Part shown: positions 1-13,324 of the stretch, piece by piece
How the letters are laid out: each line of letters begins with the position of its first letter
How positions within the stretch are numbered: the first letter of the stretch is position 1
Assembly (NCBI GenBank): GCA_028534125.1
Contig: CM052817.1
Span: forward strand, 38,318,001-38,382,000
Length of the DNA: 64,000 nt
Reading direction: 5' to 3'
Source: Lama glama
Lineage: Eukaryota
The notes under the pieces: model-generated
What the model was told of the DNA's origin: nothing
Database searches by the model: none
The model's input: only the letters and a program-made list of their open reading frames with translations
Position numbers and translations under genes: made by a program

Positions 1-159
1 CGTGTCACAACATTTGAAAAGAATTAGCTCTTAATGCTTTGTTTCTTTGCCCTTAGAGATAGCTTTCATTTTCTTAGAAATGCGAATTAGGTGCTAATAA
101 GTTATACATAGCTGCAGCTTGGTTTTTTATAGAAGGGCCATTGTAGGGAGTAGACTTTT

Positions 160-265
160 TAGTAAATACTCTTCAACTTTGGTGTATAGGAGACTCACGC
201 GAGAAATCTGTTAGAATGTAAATTCCAGGGCCTTTTTTCAAAGATTCTACTTCTTCTCTAGGCTT
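160..265. mobile_element. MER5-like hAT-Charlie MITE fragment (degenerate)
   Basis: tcttcaactttggtgtataggagactcac...tgttagaatgtaaattccagggcc...agattctacttc resembles the recalled MER5A/B consensus; heavily diverged. Confidence 0.35.
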
Positions 266-1469
266 TAGAGGAGAAAGACTCTCTTTGCTCCCTTCACTTT
301 CCACTGCCCAGGACAGCATATCAGGCCTGTGCTCCCCCCATTTCAGAAGGGATTCTCACCTTCTAAAAGCAGTTTCAGTTCCTCATGAGGCTTTATCCAG
401 GAACGAGGCACAGAACTATTCTGTTCTAGGGCTGTCTTCCTTTCCCATTAGTAACACTGAAAACTTTACAACGCTCAAGTAATCAGGTCATAGGGAAACA
501 ACACAAGCCACTTGGGCTGTTCTCTATCTAGTATTGGATTAAAGGAGTAAGGTTCTGTCTGCAAAACTTGAGTGACGCCTGCCCAGCTCACATCTGTGCC
601 CAAGCCACATCAGAATTTGGTATTGAGAGCCAAACTGGGTATCAAAGATGGCCATTATTTTACTATGCCCTTAGTTCCCCTAGAGTAGGTGTCTGGATGA
701 CATTCAAGATGTTAGTCACCTTTGACACATTAACACTGATGTTTTGCAACAAGTATTTTGTTTCTTCACAGAAATCTCCTTGTTCCTGTCACCAAAGAAA
801 AGAAAATAAACTATCAGCCTGCCTCATGGCTTATGCATTTATTTTACTTGGATGGAAGGACTGCACACTTTTCATTAACCAACAAGAGAAAAAGGAACTC
901 AACCATAACTACCTCGTTTCATTTAGATTAGAAATTAAAAAGACGGAGAAGGGAACTGAATGCTGGGGACACTCAAGTGCATGGCAAAACTGTGGTGTGT
1001 CTGGAGACTGCTACAACAGTATAAGTGAAAAGTTAGGAACACAGTGTCATATTTCTTAATTTAGTATAAAGGAACTGATTTTGCAAATATACATTTTTAA
1101 TGTTGACAATTAGTAGCAGTGGGCAACAGGATAACAAAAAATTTTGCATTTATGTAGTTATTACTAAGTGACTTCTCCAATTAGCATTTATAAAATGTCT
1201 GAGTATTCTTTTTCCAGAATTTAATACAAACAGAACTTATTGTCCCAAAGTTGCATATATGACTGATGGAGTTGAGACATGAAACCATATTTTTAGGCTT
1301 CACAAAAGCACATGATTTAATACCCTGCTTGCGCTATTCAGAAGTGAATGGGGCAGAGTGAGACTTAGTCACTAATATCAGTGACTAACACGCTCAGTTA
1401 GGTTTGGGTCTTTCCAACCCCCTTCTTACTAACCCCCTTCTGTTAATTAATCACCAAGTTTAGTCATTT

Positions 1470-1725
1470 TAACTCTTTCATAACTCTTGACTCTATTCCT
1501 TCCTCTTTATCAGTAGTGTCCAAATTCATCCTAAACTCCTGGATATTTACCAGACATCTCCTAATATTGTCATCACAATATAGTTTCTTTGTACATGGGT
1601 TTCTCTCCATCTGAAATGACTTCTTTATTTCCTTGTCCACTTGTAATTCCTTTCTTCTCTGTCTATCTGAAAAGTTTGTACTCATCCCTCAAAATTCTTT
1701 TGGTATGATCTTTCCCAGGAAGGAC
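1470..1725 (+). mobile_element. L2 LINE fragment
   Basis: Pyrimidine-rich tract with L2-like motifs (tttgtacatgggtttctctccatctgaaatgac; ctcatccctcaaaa; ttcccaggaagg). Confidence 0.4.
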
Positions 1726-1749
1726 AGACTTTCACCAAAAACATTTGGG

Positions 1750-2480
1750 TAATATCGATTTCCCAAAAGGTTTCAACTTGTGACCAAAATACAGGGGCTA
1801 ACGTCTATTGCTAGGAATCTGCAAGATGTACATGAAAATGTGGCACAAACTATGAATCATGGAGTACCTAAGGCTGTGCTTTTTTATCATTACAACTAAG
1901 TATATACCCTGGAGCATAAGTACATTTGTCTTCACATGTTGCAGGGCCATTTTTATTAACAGGTTGTTGAACTTTATCCTTGTGATTCAAACCTGTCCAA
2001 TATGACATGATATATACTTGTGGTCAAAAGGTGATCAGTAAATCATGCAAAAGACCATAATCTTCTCAAAGGCCAGAAAGGAAATAGACTGCAAGGAAGG
2101 AGTTCTTTACTTCAGGTTATGAAAAGTAAACAAATAAACATTCCCACCATACCAAGGATTCCTACGCTCAAATCAACAGCGACTGTGATGAACCTATTTA
2201 TTTGTGTTGCTGATGGCCCTGTCACATGGTAATATCCCCAAGCAGTTACTGTTTTTCAGCTGCTAAACCAAAATGGCACATGCAATTGAAAGCTTTTCTA
2301 AATTTCTGCAAAGGATGACAATCCCAGATCAATGACTCTCTTAATAAACCTCAGCAAATAAAAATCTGTGGTATCTTCCTTTTCATAGTTCCCAGTAACT
2401 CTAAACATCCATCTTCCATAAGCCAAGAAGTTACAACAATGTTGGCATTGGTATAAAAGAAAGCAGAACCTTGTAACCAC
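1750..2480 (-). mobile_element. Ancient non-LTR retrotransposon RT fossil, RTE-like (L4/MamRTE type), frameshifted
   Basis: Minus-strand translation across frameshifts gives *KGR-TTD-FYLLRFI...FAE/FRKAFNCMCH (~2390-2273), G..G...LLF (~2150-2120), *FTDHL (~2045-2030, FADD-like) and G...KT (~1950-1925), in RT motif order with plausible spacing. Confidence 0.55.
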
Positions 2481-3434
2481 CAAGTGTGACTAATGGTGGA
2501 AAATGCGTTCACTAAAAGGAAGAGTTCACTATGCTATTTAAGATAAAAGATCAAAATCATCTCACATCAAGAATAACAGTAGACTAACTACTTCATTCAT
2601 TCCCTAGGGTTTGGAAGCTACCAAATCAAAATGAGATGCAAACATATATACAGTAAGTGGCACTATTGAAAGATTACAGTTTTATTTCTCTATCCAGGAG
2701 GAATAATGCTGACACTCATAAATTGCAACTAAGGAAAGAAACCTAAGCGGTGGCTCACTACCATACTTCTATCTGGGCACATGAAATGCTTGCAACACCT
2801 AGCATGTTATGGAATACTAAATTTTGACACACTGTTAAAACTAGACATCGCGGTAGAAGTCAGTTTGCCCTTGTGTCTGTTACTTCCTGACTGTTACTTG
2901 ATTTGGGCTACTCCCCTCTTTTTAGCATTTTCTATCCTTCTCTCCACCCCTTCCAGCTCCCTTCCCTTTTCACTGAAACCCAGAAACAAAGCAGAAAAAG
3001 AGACTGCTACACTTTGTAGTTCACAGGTCTCGTCTTCCAGAAAGACAAAATCAACTTGCCAGGTTGGAGTGTCTATTTTTTGGCTTAGGTCACTCCTTAT
3101 CTTGGACTCTTCATGAAATTTTATCTTATTGTATTCAGTAAGAGGCTGTTTTCTGTTCCTTTATTCCGCGTGTGAGAGAGAAATCAATATTAAAGATATG
3201 AGGATGGCAAAAGCCTAGAGTAATGTTATATCATTTACTCTTTAATAGTCATTTCCTCTTTTGCTTCATCCTCACCTACTGTCTAGTCTTAACTCTTTAT
3301 AATACAAAAACAATTATCCCTACTCTTTACTGTATGTACATATCTTAAATACCCATGTGTCTACTAGTCTAGAAAATGCAGGTATGATGAGACCCAAAGA
3401 GAGGCAGGTACACAAATAACAACAACAACAGCAG

Positions 3435-3680
3435 CAGTAACATTTAGTGAGTGTCTCCTAGGTGCCGGGAATGCTTCTAAGCACTGCACGTCTCTCAGTT
3501 CATTTAAACTTGACAACAACCATGTAAAACCCTATATTTTTTTTTTTTGTCCGTATTTTCCAGAAGAAATTAAGGCCAATAGAGATTAAGCACCTTGACC
3601 AAGAACCACACAGCTGGGAGAGTGAGACTAAGAATCCAAGTAATGAACCCAGGGCCTGTGTACTCTGAGCTATCACAATA
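3435..3680 (-). mobile_element. MIR SINE
   Basis: taacatttagtgagtg...ggtgccggg...ctaagcact...gagattaagcaccttgaccaagaaccacacagct is the reverse complement of the MIR core and tail. Confidence 0.75.
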
Positions 3681-4789
3681 AGCAGCTGTCCCGAAAAAGG
3701 AGGCAATTTGAAGTGCAGACGATGTGGCCCTTTTATGTTGCCTCACTCTGTGTGGGGGAAATGTAAAGGTGCCACACCCTCAGAGAAAATAGAACAAACA
3801 TTCCCGTGAACACTAGAAAAGGAATATTATTTGCGTTGTAAATCCCACCTAAGGGTAAATCACTTTTTAAAAGGGTGGGGATTGGGGGAGAAGCCTGAAT
3901 ATCAGGTGTTAACTGGGATTCAGTGTTACCTCAGCCATTTAAGGTTTGTCCCACTAACAAATGACCAAATGCCCCGGACTCCTGTTTTTCGTTTGTGTGG
4001 GGCTTGGTTTTGTTGTCTTTTTACTTTCCTATCAAATGAAAGCTGTGGGAGACACCTACAATAACACAACGGCACGTGTGAAAGACAAAGCTCCCCTTGT
4101 CTCTCTGAATATCTCTTATGCAAAATTGGTTACAAAAGATACAAGGTTTTCAGTGATGTTAGAAATGGGGGGTGAGACTATAAAATTGTGCAGAGCCTTC
4201 ACCTTTAGAAGCGGAGGCCGATCAATTGTCAGTAGACTTAGAGGAAAACGTGGAGTTGGGAACATGATGAAAGAATCAGAACAATGAGAGTGAGAGTTAA
4301 AGAGGCTTGAAACAATACTATAGATAAATGATTGATTATACTAGTTTCTAGCCAAATTCTAGCAAAGCTTAAAAAATTAATTAAAAATGTCAAATAGAAT
4401 GATATGCAGTTTCTATGGGCTTTTCCATTTCCCTAATTGTGAGCAGCATGTTTGTCCAAATTCCACAACAGGCTGAAAACATATTAGACTTACGAGGCTT
4501 CCTTTTTAGTTTGCTAACAAAGCAGGTATGGAAATTAGTTTAAACAAAAAATTGATTTGTAGGTTACTTGCTTAAGTATGCAAATATTCAAATCAAGAAG
4601 ATCTCTCCATAGTTTTCTGTGTAGGCCACAGTGTTTTGACATTATACCCTGTCTAGAGAAAAATAAAATTTGACCCAAATATTGTATTCTAGTTAGTAAA
4701 TTTGTTCTTCACAGAGATATGGATTAGAAATTCTGAAAATACTTCACGGGTACTGAAGGCCTGCAGAAATAAGTAAGTATATTGCAGGA

Positions 4790-5930
4790 AAAAGAGATAC
4801 ATTATTTTATAAATGAGCACATCCAGCACCTAGATCTTGGTTTCTAAATACCATTGTTTTCATAAAAGAAATCTGGGCTCCTTGAATGGCTGATCTAAGA
4901 GCTGGAAAAGAAAAAAAGTGTAAGATGAACTTGAAGCACCTTGTGGTACCAGAAAATAAAAAGTGTTTTAAAAATGGTGATATAAAGAAAGGACACAGGA
5001 GCCAACTTGAAGATTGGCCAAATGGCCTAATCTGGACAGTTTGAGCAACAAAGTAAATACCAATTATAATGGATTATGACTCAGATTAAAACAAATATCC
5101 ATGAGCCTATATTGATAAAAATAAATAACTGAGTAAGTAAATAAGTGGAGAAGAAAAGAAAGCTTCTTCTTACACAAGAATCTTAACTAACAAATGTAGA
5201 AGGAATGATAAAATAGAAAATCACCATTTGGCAAATAAAACAGTGACAACTATTTCAATAAGGAATCAACAATAAATGCTAAAACATGTGGTATAAAGTA
5301 TGATGAAAAACCTGTCATTTACATAATCTCAAGGTATCTCCCCATAAGATGCTTACTAATTACAAAAAGGAAATCAGCAACTTAACAACGGAAAAACCCG
5401 GCAGACCTGAACTGAGAAGTCAAAGTTGACATCATTTGTAATTAGACATCCTGTCATCACATGTTTCCTGATACGATGAACTGAGAACAGCATAGCATCA
5501 TTTCATGGTATTTTTGCCAAAAATGCATAATCTGACTTTAATCATGAGAAAATCCAAATTGAGAGACTTCAAAATAACTGGTCACTACTGTTCAAAAGTG
5601 TCAAGATCATGTAAGACAAAGAAAGAATGAGGAACTAACCCAGATTGGAGGAGACTAATAGACATGAACACTTAATACATGTGTGATTCCTGTCTGTATC
5701 CTGGTCCAGAAAAAAACACACTGGTGGTACAATACAGTGGTACATATATAGGTTAGTTAATAGTATTTTATCAAAGTTAATTAACTGGGCTTGATCATTT
5801 TAAGATGCTAACATCTAGAAAAAGATTACATGGGCACTTGTACAACTTCAGTAAAATTTTGTATGTCTGAAATTATTTCGAAATAAGAAGTTAAAAAATA
5901 AAATAAACTTCGAAATAAAAAGTTAAAAAA
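4790..5930 (+). mobile_element. L1MC-type LINE-1 3' end
   Basis: atccagcacctagatcttggtttctaaatacca...ggctccttgaatggctgat..., aatcatgagaaaatccaaattgagagac, ending tgtctgaaattatttcgaaataa with an A-rich tail that is duplicated at ~5878-5930. Confidence 0.8.
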
Positions 5931-5974
5931 TCTCCTATGAAATTGAATGGTGACCCTCTTCATTAGTAATTCTC

Positions 5975-6150
5975 AGTAATAATAACTAACATTTGCACCA
6001 TGAAATGCTTTCAGCTACCTTATTTCATTTGACCATTATTCCTGTTTTACAAAATATTTGAAATGACTTGCCATTACTAGTGAACATCAGAACTGATTCT
6101 TAAATCCAGAGTGTTTTGAACCAAGAATCGATGTAATATTTGCCACATGC
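5975..6150 (-). mobile_element. MIR SINE (degenerate)
   Basis: taataataactaacattt...tcatttga...cctgttttaca...gaaatgacttgcc matches reverse-complement MIR landmarks. Confidence 0.45.
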
Positions 6151-8269
6151 TTATCCGGTTTTACTTTTCTATGAAAGCTTTCTGGGGGTGGGAACATAAA
6201 GGAGTTGATAATAATAGGTATACAACAGTTTGAGTAGTTTGGGACAGTTAAAGTGGAATATTTAGTGTGTGGATTCATTCAAAGAGAACAAAAACAATGA
6301 TCAATGCAGTGCACCCTGAAAATGTGTAACTGAAAAAGGGAGAGGGCAGATAAACACCATGATCAATAATATTGAGAACAAATATGGGAAGAAAACAGGG
6401 ACCTGATATGACAAAGCTCTAGGCTAATAAAGAGACAAAGCGAAGAAAGAAACAAAATAGAGAATCACAACAGAAGAAAAACTAAAGAAAGAAAAATGTG
6501 GTTAGAGAAAGCATAGAAGCAAAACATTGAACTTCAAAGAGGAAGGAGCCTGCCACTTTGAATTGGAAGGGTGGCTAACTCATAGCTGTCACCTGATGGA
6601 TACAGTTTCAAATTCACTAGAACTCGGAGCATGAAGCAGCTGAAACGTCTAAGAGAACTTAAGGCTAATTCTTCTGAGACGGCATTGCAGACACCCACAG
6701 GCACTGAGGCAGTCATCACAGGACAAAGTCCTGGGTCTCTTGGCTGACGATGTGCTCTAGCCAGTGCTTTCCTTGAACCAAGAAGCAAGCCTAGATTCGT
6801 GGTAAAAATCTAGATTAAAAACACTCGCTCCAAGACCCCTGTGCATACCTAATCCACTCTGAACCCCTCTCTGGACCTCTGCCCAGCATCGCCGCTCTCT
6901 TCAGTCTGACTTCCACACAGCCATGTGGGTGTGAACAGGCCCCAGGAGTCCTGGCTATTTCTAGATAACCCTTGGGCTGAAACAGAACCTAGCCAAGTTA
7001 ATGTAGACAAGTGAAAAATTCACAGGACAGTACACGGCAATTAATAGGAGAAGAGACTAGTCTCCAATACCTGCTTTTGTAGCCATAATTTCTGAATCTA
7101 ATATTTAAAGTCAAGAACAAAAATTAGCAGAAGATATGAAAAACAAATGGCTATTGTCTTAAAAGCTCACTTTAAATGGAAGAAAATTATCACACTAGCT
7201 ATCAATGAACTAAAAAATAAATAATTATAATCTAAAACAGTCAATAATTATGAAAAAGTTACCAATTTAAAATTAGTATACAGGGTATTATTTTATGTAA
7301 AAATTTGCAATAAATTGCATTTAACACCATATTTAATATCATGCCTGATTTCATCATAGCTTTGAAGAGAATAAAGAAGATAAAATGATAATAGATAAAC
7401 CCAGAATACCAAGTTTTGTACTAACCCTTATAAATACCACTTACTTATACGACACTTTTTATACCAGGTGGAAAAAAAAGTTAACTGTGCTTAAATATCA
7501 GAAAAATGTTAAATTAAACAAACCTATTAATAAAAGGCATATTTGAGTCTGTAGAAAGAAGCACTTGTGCTGTACTAAAAACATAAAGATGAAAAAAATC
7601 TGAGACAATACTATATCAAATGGTCTCTGTGGGTGAAAATGTATTAATAAGTTATATAATAATGAAGGCTTTTATGACATCATGACATACAAGATCTGTT
7701 TTGAAAAAAAAATTCCAAATAAGCCATCAAACACTAGTTAGTAGCCACTTATTACCACAAGAAAAGTGTTACCCGCATAGACCTCCAGAGGTAAATGCAT
7801 CATTCTAGTAGGAGTTGGGCTACCAGGTTAACAACTTTCCAAAAGCTGCCAAACTGACATTTCATGGCTAAATCATTTACTACGGTTCTCAGCATTCAAA
7901 AAATAAAGGTGCTACCCTGCCTCTGATTAAAATCAATTACAGCACCAAAAGCAGTGTCTCAGAAAGCAGGCAGGTAGACTGAACTTATTCTAGAGAGAAT
8001 TCTCTGGAAACTTAACAATGGTATAACAGGAAATCGCCAGGTAAAGGAGCTGGCAACTCAGGAAAAACCAGCTGAACCCTTTGTTTCAAATCAAAGCTCA
8101 GACTTAAGATAAAAATTTAACCTTGTCCATTGGAAATTACAAGATACCACCGGCCTTTGCTGCCTGCTTGCAGGTCTGCAAACACAGTCCTAATAATTCT
8201 GGTTACAATTTATGGCTCAACATTGGGATCAGTAATCATTTTCACATCTCATAAGCAGTCACAGCACCT

Positions 8270-9300
8270 GTTCCCTGACAACACTGACGAACAGCAGCAC
8301 CCGCTGTAACTCCGCGTATCTGGCGCTCCTAGGAAACACCACCAGCGATCTCAGCGCACTCTGCCTTAGCATCACACGTGGATTAATTCTCTCTCTCCGC
8401 CTCCCCTCCATTTCCATTCCACTCCAAGCTCATGATAACGTGACCTTTACATACCAATTACTCTTTTTGAATTATTTTAGCATTTCACATTAATAATACA
8501 GTTCGTAAATGATATCATACATAAGTTGCTTGGCGTTTCCGTAAAACAGTTCAATATAATTTTACTTTACTTAATGGCTCTTTCTAAAACATTACGAAAA
8601 TATTATATCAAACAAACAGAACACAGCAGTAAGACTATATATATCCCACTATTATTACTGGTATGCATTTGATCGGAGTGTGATTTGCTAAACAAATAAA
8701 GACTAACCCTCATAAGCCACTGGTATCCTATTCTTGCTTGAAAATAAATGTATTAGAAGCAGAGTCCCAGAGCTGACACCACTGAGCCGCATGCAAATGT
8801 CTGAAAGAAGTCTAAGCATTTAGTATTGTCTCTTCAGTGATATAGAAGTAACCCCATTTCTCTGAGACAGCATCCTACACTTTTCAGAACTGCCTGCAAA
8901 CATAACGCAGAGCAGCACGCTCTGACCTCCCACAGCGCGGGGCACAAAGGCCTCACCTCGCTCGGGATGAGGAGCGGGTCCCAACCAGCTGCGCCTTGTG
9001 CCGCACAGCTTACCTGCTCTATTCCATCCTCCCGCTTTTCAGAAAGGAGTCCCTCGGAGCCTTCAAGCCCCAGTCCCCGGCTCATGTCAGGGAAGCTAAG
9101 GATACTCCCTGGAATGTTCCACAAATTAAACAGTGGAGGCTGGGACCGCAAACAGAGAGAGAATAAACGCGCTGCACAGGCAGAACTCTCCCTGTTTCTC
9201 AGTGTTACCCAGCAGTTACCACGAGCTGAAGCCTCTTCCCCCTCCTCCATTCTCCCACCCACCTTCGGTGATTATTTGACTCGTCTAGGCAGTGTTTACG
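8270..9300 (-). promoter_or_regulatory. CpG-retaining region; candidate alternative promoter/enhancer inside intron
   Basis: Two CpG-rich patches (~8285-8440, ~8900-9300) in CpG-depleted DNA, no recognised repeat, next to a strong minus-strand donor; E-box CACGTG at ~8375. Confidence 0.45.
9014..9250 (-). other. Candidate alternative first exon (5' boundary unknown)
   Basis: Donor CAG|GTAAGC (exon end 9014); ATG at 9085 would give MSRGLGLEGSEGLLSEKREDGIEQ in phase 0, but coding status is unverified. Confidence 0.45.
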
Positions 9301-9894
9301 CAGATTAACCTACTTAAAAAAAATTCTGTTTTAGTTTTCTGCATGGAATGTCTTAGCTGTTAATATACCATATTTCTTTGTTGTTAAGGAATATGAAAAA
9401 CATAAAATCAGAGAACTGTATAATTATAGTGTGGTTTGGAGACTGAATTGAATGAAAATCTACAGTGCATTGAGAACATTCATATTAAATGGGTTCAACA
9501 TCATTAATATTATTACAATGAATTAGACTAAAAATGTATACCCAAAACAGAAAGTATTACAAGTTCCATCTTGATTTTCATATGGTTTATTTTTTCAGCT
9601 GCCTTTAAGCTTACTCTAGGCTAAGGAAAAATGCTTTTTTAAATGTTATGTAATAAAATAAAATAAAATAAAATGTTACAGATTCACTTGCTCTTTTCTC
9701 AGCTATAATTCCTCACCTAATGGGAAGAACACAGAAAATAATGAGCGACTCTTTTCTCAGTTGTGCCAGATGGTACTTAAACAGGACCCTTCTTGCAGAG
9801 CAGAGGAAGTAATTCATTATATGCATCGGATGCCATAGGCTAGCATTTGGGTTTAATTGTCTCAGGGAACTCAGAAGTTAAGAAGGGCCTCTGA

Positions 9895-10090
9895 GAAATA
9901 GAGCAGTAGGGTAGAAAAACAAGTCACCAAAAATCAAGAGCCTGGTCTGCATACAGGTCTTCCTGACTTTATATTCTGGGTCAAATCACCGAGATTACTT
10001 TGTACCCATTTTCTCTATTAAAAGATTGAGGTAAGACGGCCGCAGCTATTTTCTAAGTGGGCATTTGTTCTGATGTCCAATAAATTCATT
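9895..10090 (+). mobile_element. MIR/MIR3 SINE (degenerate)
   Basis: gcagtagggtagaaaaac...aatcaagagcctggt...ctgggtcaaatcac...cccattttctctattaaaaga. Confidence 0.4.
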
Positions 10091-11179
10091 CTAAGGGGAA
10101 TGTAGTGTGTAATATAATTTGTTAATTGGGAGGCCCAACATAGATAATACACATGAAAGATTACTCAAAAGAAAAATTTTTAATTCTATAATTTCAACCT
10201 TCTCTTGAAATCTACCTTTTACCAAATTTATAGGAAAAGTTACACATTTGAATTTCACCTCGTTTTCCCCCCTTTTTCTGCAGAAGTATTAAGGCCCAAA
10301 TTCACCAAAGAAAGGAGTAGCAGGGGTTCCCTCTCACTCCTGGAAAATATTGACTTTGACTGGCCAGACAACAATTTCATCCGTGCAACACCTTTTATGC
10401 TCACAGTATCTGAGAGCTGAGTATTAGCAGTAGTTTAAAATTATACACATTAACAAATCAAAGACTTGACAAACACAAGAAAGAAGTTGGAAGAGAGAAA
10501 AGCATTTTAAGAAAATGATCCTGTGATTTCAGTGACTCCAAAGCAAGGTTTGCCCAAATTTGAACACATAACCCAGGTTCTTGAGACAGCCCTGGATGAG
10601 TCACTCTTGCTGAACGGACTCTATCCTTAACCTGTTCCAGAATGTACACAGCCAGCCCAAGTCCAGAAGGAGGCCAGAGGAGAAACAGGCAGTGTTCATG
10701 ACACTCATCATCAGGTACAGAGCTGTTATGCAAGTGGTATTTCTTGTTGTAGGGAATCAAACGTGTGTATTGAATGCCTTAATCATGGCATTATTTGAAC
10801 ACAAGAAATGTCTAGTTACATTGAATGGAAACTTCTGTAAGCAATTTCATTAAAAATACGGCTGTCATCCAGTAACTGGTAATTTCATACTCAAAGGAAC
10901 TATTCCTAGCACAACTTCAAGTTATATTTGCACCGTGTACTAAGAGAGCTGAGATGGCACTGCTTTTCTTGCTGCACAGTCAATATATAGGGCAGGGAGC
11001 TGGTGGCTGGTCTCCCCCGTGCATCATAAACACCAGTTGTCATCCAAGAATAGATATTGTTTGCATTTGCATTACTGAGAAACAGTAGAAAGTGTACAAA
11101 GACTTCACTTCCAATTTCCCAGATGACTTTATAAAATACAGTGTTAAAACTTAATCTTTTAACTTTGTTGGCTGATTTT

Positions 11180-11390
11180 GCAATGGGGATGTTCTTGGCA
11201 CTTGGGGAAGGAAAATTCTTTGTAGTGAGGGACTGTCACACATATTACAAGACACGTGGCATTCTTGACCCCTGGGCACTGAACGCCAGTAGCTTCACCT
11301 CATTGTTGTCTTGACCAAAAATACCCTCACACATTTTCAAAAGCCTCCTAGTGAGTGGTATCACCCATCCTCCCAAACCCACAGCTGATG
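11180..11390. mobile_element. MER20-like hAT-Charlie DNA transposon
   Basis: aattctttgtagtgagggactgtc...gcattcttgaccc...cactgaacgccagtagc...gaccaaaaata resembles the reverse complement of recalled MER20. Confidence 0.55.
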
Positions 11391-11574
11391 AAAACTAGCC
11401 ATATGGAACACAGAAAGGTCAAGCTACACTTTATCATGTCATCTATAGACGTCTAGATGCCCACTCCTCTACAAAGTCAGTTTTCAGAGCCCTGTCAATG
11501 CATACACATAGCCACATCCTTTTCAAAACTGTTCAAAAGGAACACACTACCACTTTGCCACACAGACTTTTTCA

Positions 11575-11720
11575 AACCTGGAACAATCTTAGAAAGTATT
11601 TACTCCAACACCTTTATTTTACAGATAAGGAGACTAAAGTCCAGAAAAAGGAAATTATTTGCCTGAGTTCACAGATGCTAATTAATCCAAAAGCAGGATC
11701 AGAGCACACATTCTGCTAGC
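11575..11720 (-). mobile_element. MIR/MIR3 SINE
   Basis: tccaacacctttattttacagataaggagactaaagtccaga...tttgcctgagttcacag is the reverse-complement MIR core. Confidence 0.55.
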
Positions 11721-12829
11721 TCGTTTCCTTTTCACTCTCCTCCAACTGTAGATTGCAGAGTACAGAGGGATCTTGTGAAACATTTCTCAAGCTACTGTTT
11801 AAATACAAAACTTCAACTGTGGTGAGCCAGAAGGTAGACTTTCTTACCCCTGAAACTCACTTTCCCTGACGATTTTGTCCTGAATAATACTTTCAGACAC
11901 CACGAAGAACTTACTTTTAGAAAAGTTAATATGTACCTATTGAAAAGCTTTTTTTTTTTAAATCCAAGGTAACATTCTTTTTTAAAAAAAGTGGAAAAGA
12001 GTATTCTCAAATCTTGTCGAGTGAATCTGGATGCTGTATGTTCAAACAGAATTCTTTTAAGTCTTAAAGTAAGTACAGCAGTAAAACATACTAATGAGCG
12101 AAGGCTGGCCAGTGCAATATTACGTGCTCTCTCTTTAATGGCACAGAGTTAGCAAATACCTTAAGCACATTTATTATTTTCATTAAGGGGAAAAATACCC
12201 AAGGATAAAAATTTATGACTTCTGTTTTTACCAAAAATAATTTTTTGTTTATTATCAATATTAATATTGCATTAACTAGATTATCAACCTCTTGTCTGCA
12301 TGCTTTTCAAAATAAATATATCAATTAGTAAAATATTGAATTCAATTTTTTATGAGTTCTTCATTTAATTCCCAATTTTACAGCTGTTCAGGCAGCTGGA
12401 CTACTATCATTAAAATGTTTCAAATTGAACACAAGTTAGATATTCAGGGCTTGGGGCTACTCACAAAGAATATGAAGCTTTTATTTTGTAGTTCTAAAGT
12501 ACAGGCTCCAACTACTCAATGTCCTTCTTAATTGGCTTCTGTGGGACTTACCCACCTGCACTGTGAGAGGCAGCATTTAAAAAATGGGAGAAAAGACTAC
12601 ACAAAACTAAAGTCACACAACAGAGACCAGCATTTTGTGGAGAACCGACGTCTTTAGTCAATACAAGACTACATACATTTTTAACCACTCTTAAGTAATT
12701 TAGATATATCCTTACCTAATTTTATCATGATTTCCAAACTCTTCTTTTGAACAAGTAATGGTCCTTAAATCACCTTTATTTATACTTTATCCTGACAGTT
12801 ATCAATAATCAGAAGTACATTTTTCACTT

Positions 12830-13052
12830 TTACCCAGTGTGTGAGGTGCACACATACACATTAAAAAACTGGAAATTAAAACATGAAACAAGTCTTACTT
12901 TTACTATATATAATGAACCCTGATTTTTTTTTCCTATTCCATTCCATCCTGTTCTATTCCTTTTCATGTAAAAAGAAACACTGGTCATGAACCACTGATT
13001 TGATTTTATGACCACTGGTGGATCAAGACCTCCAGTTTGAAAAGCACTGCTC
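12830..13052. mobile_element. hAT-Charlie-type DNA transposon fragment
   Basis: Ends in the hAT-like terminus cagtttgaaaagcactg; family not resolved. Confidence 0.4.
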
Positions 13053-13077
13053 AGGAACCCCATGTCCATCATTTAAC

Positions 13078-13320
13078 TTAATAATAACTATTGACTGGTA
13101 TTGATATTTACTAGGTACCAGATACCCTTCCAGGCTCTTTAAATGCATTGTGCACATCATAAATTAAAAACCCATAACAACACTAAAGAGTAGGTATTAC
13201 TAAATGCCCATATTCACAGGAAGGCAATCTGTGGTTCAAGAAGATTAATGCAACTTGCCCAAGGTCACAGGGCTTGTGTATAGCTGAGCCAGCTTGGAAC
13301 ATAGATGTAATTCCAGAGTA
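13078..13320 (-). mobile_element. MIR SINE (left member of a head-to-head pair)
   Basis: tactaggtaccaga...cataacaac...gtaggtattact...cccatattcacagg...aacttgcccaaggtcacag. Confidence 0.7.
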
Positions 13321-13324
13321 TAAT

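Noticed and set aside
568..1059. 163-aa ORF (likewise 33656-34171, 34244-34768, 45182-45655)
   Set aside because: No recognisable homology or supporting splice structure; lengths are within chance expectation and several start at non-ATG codons.
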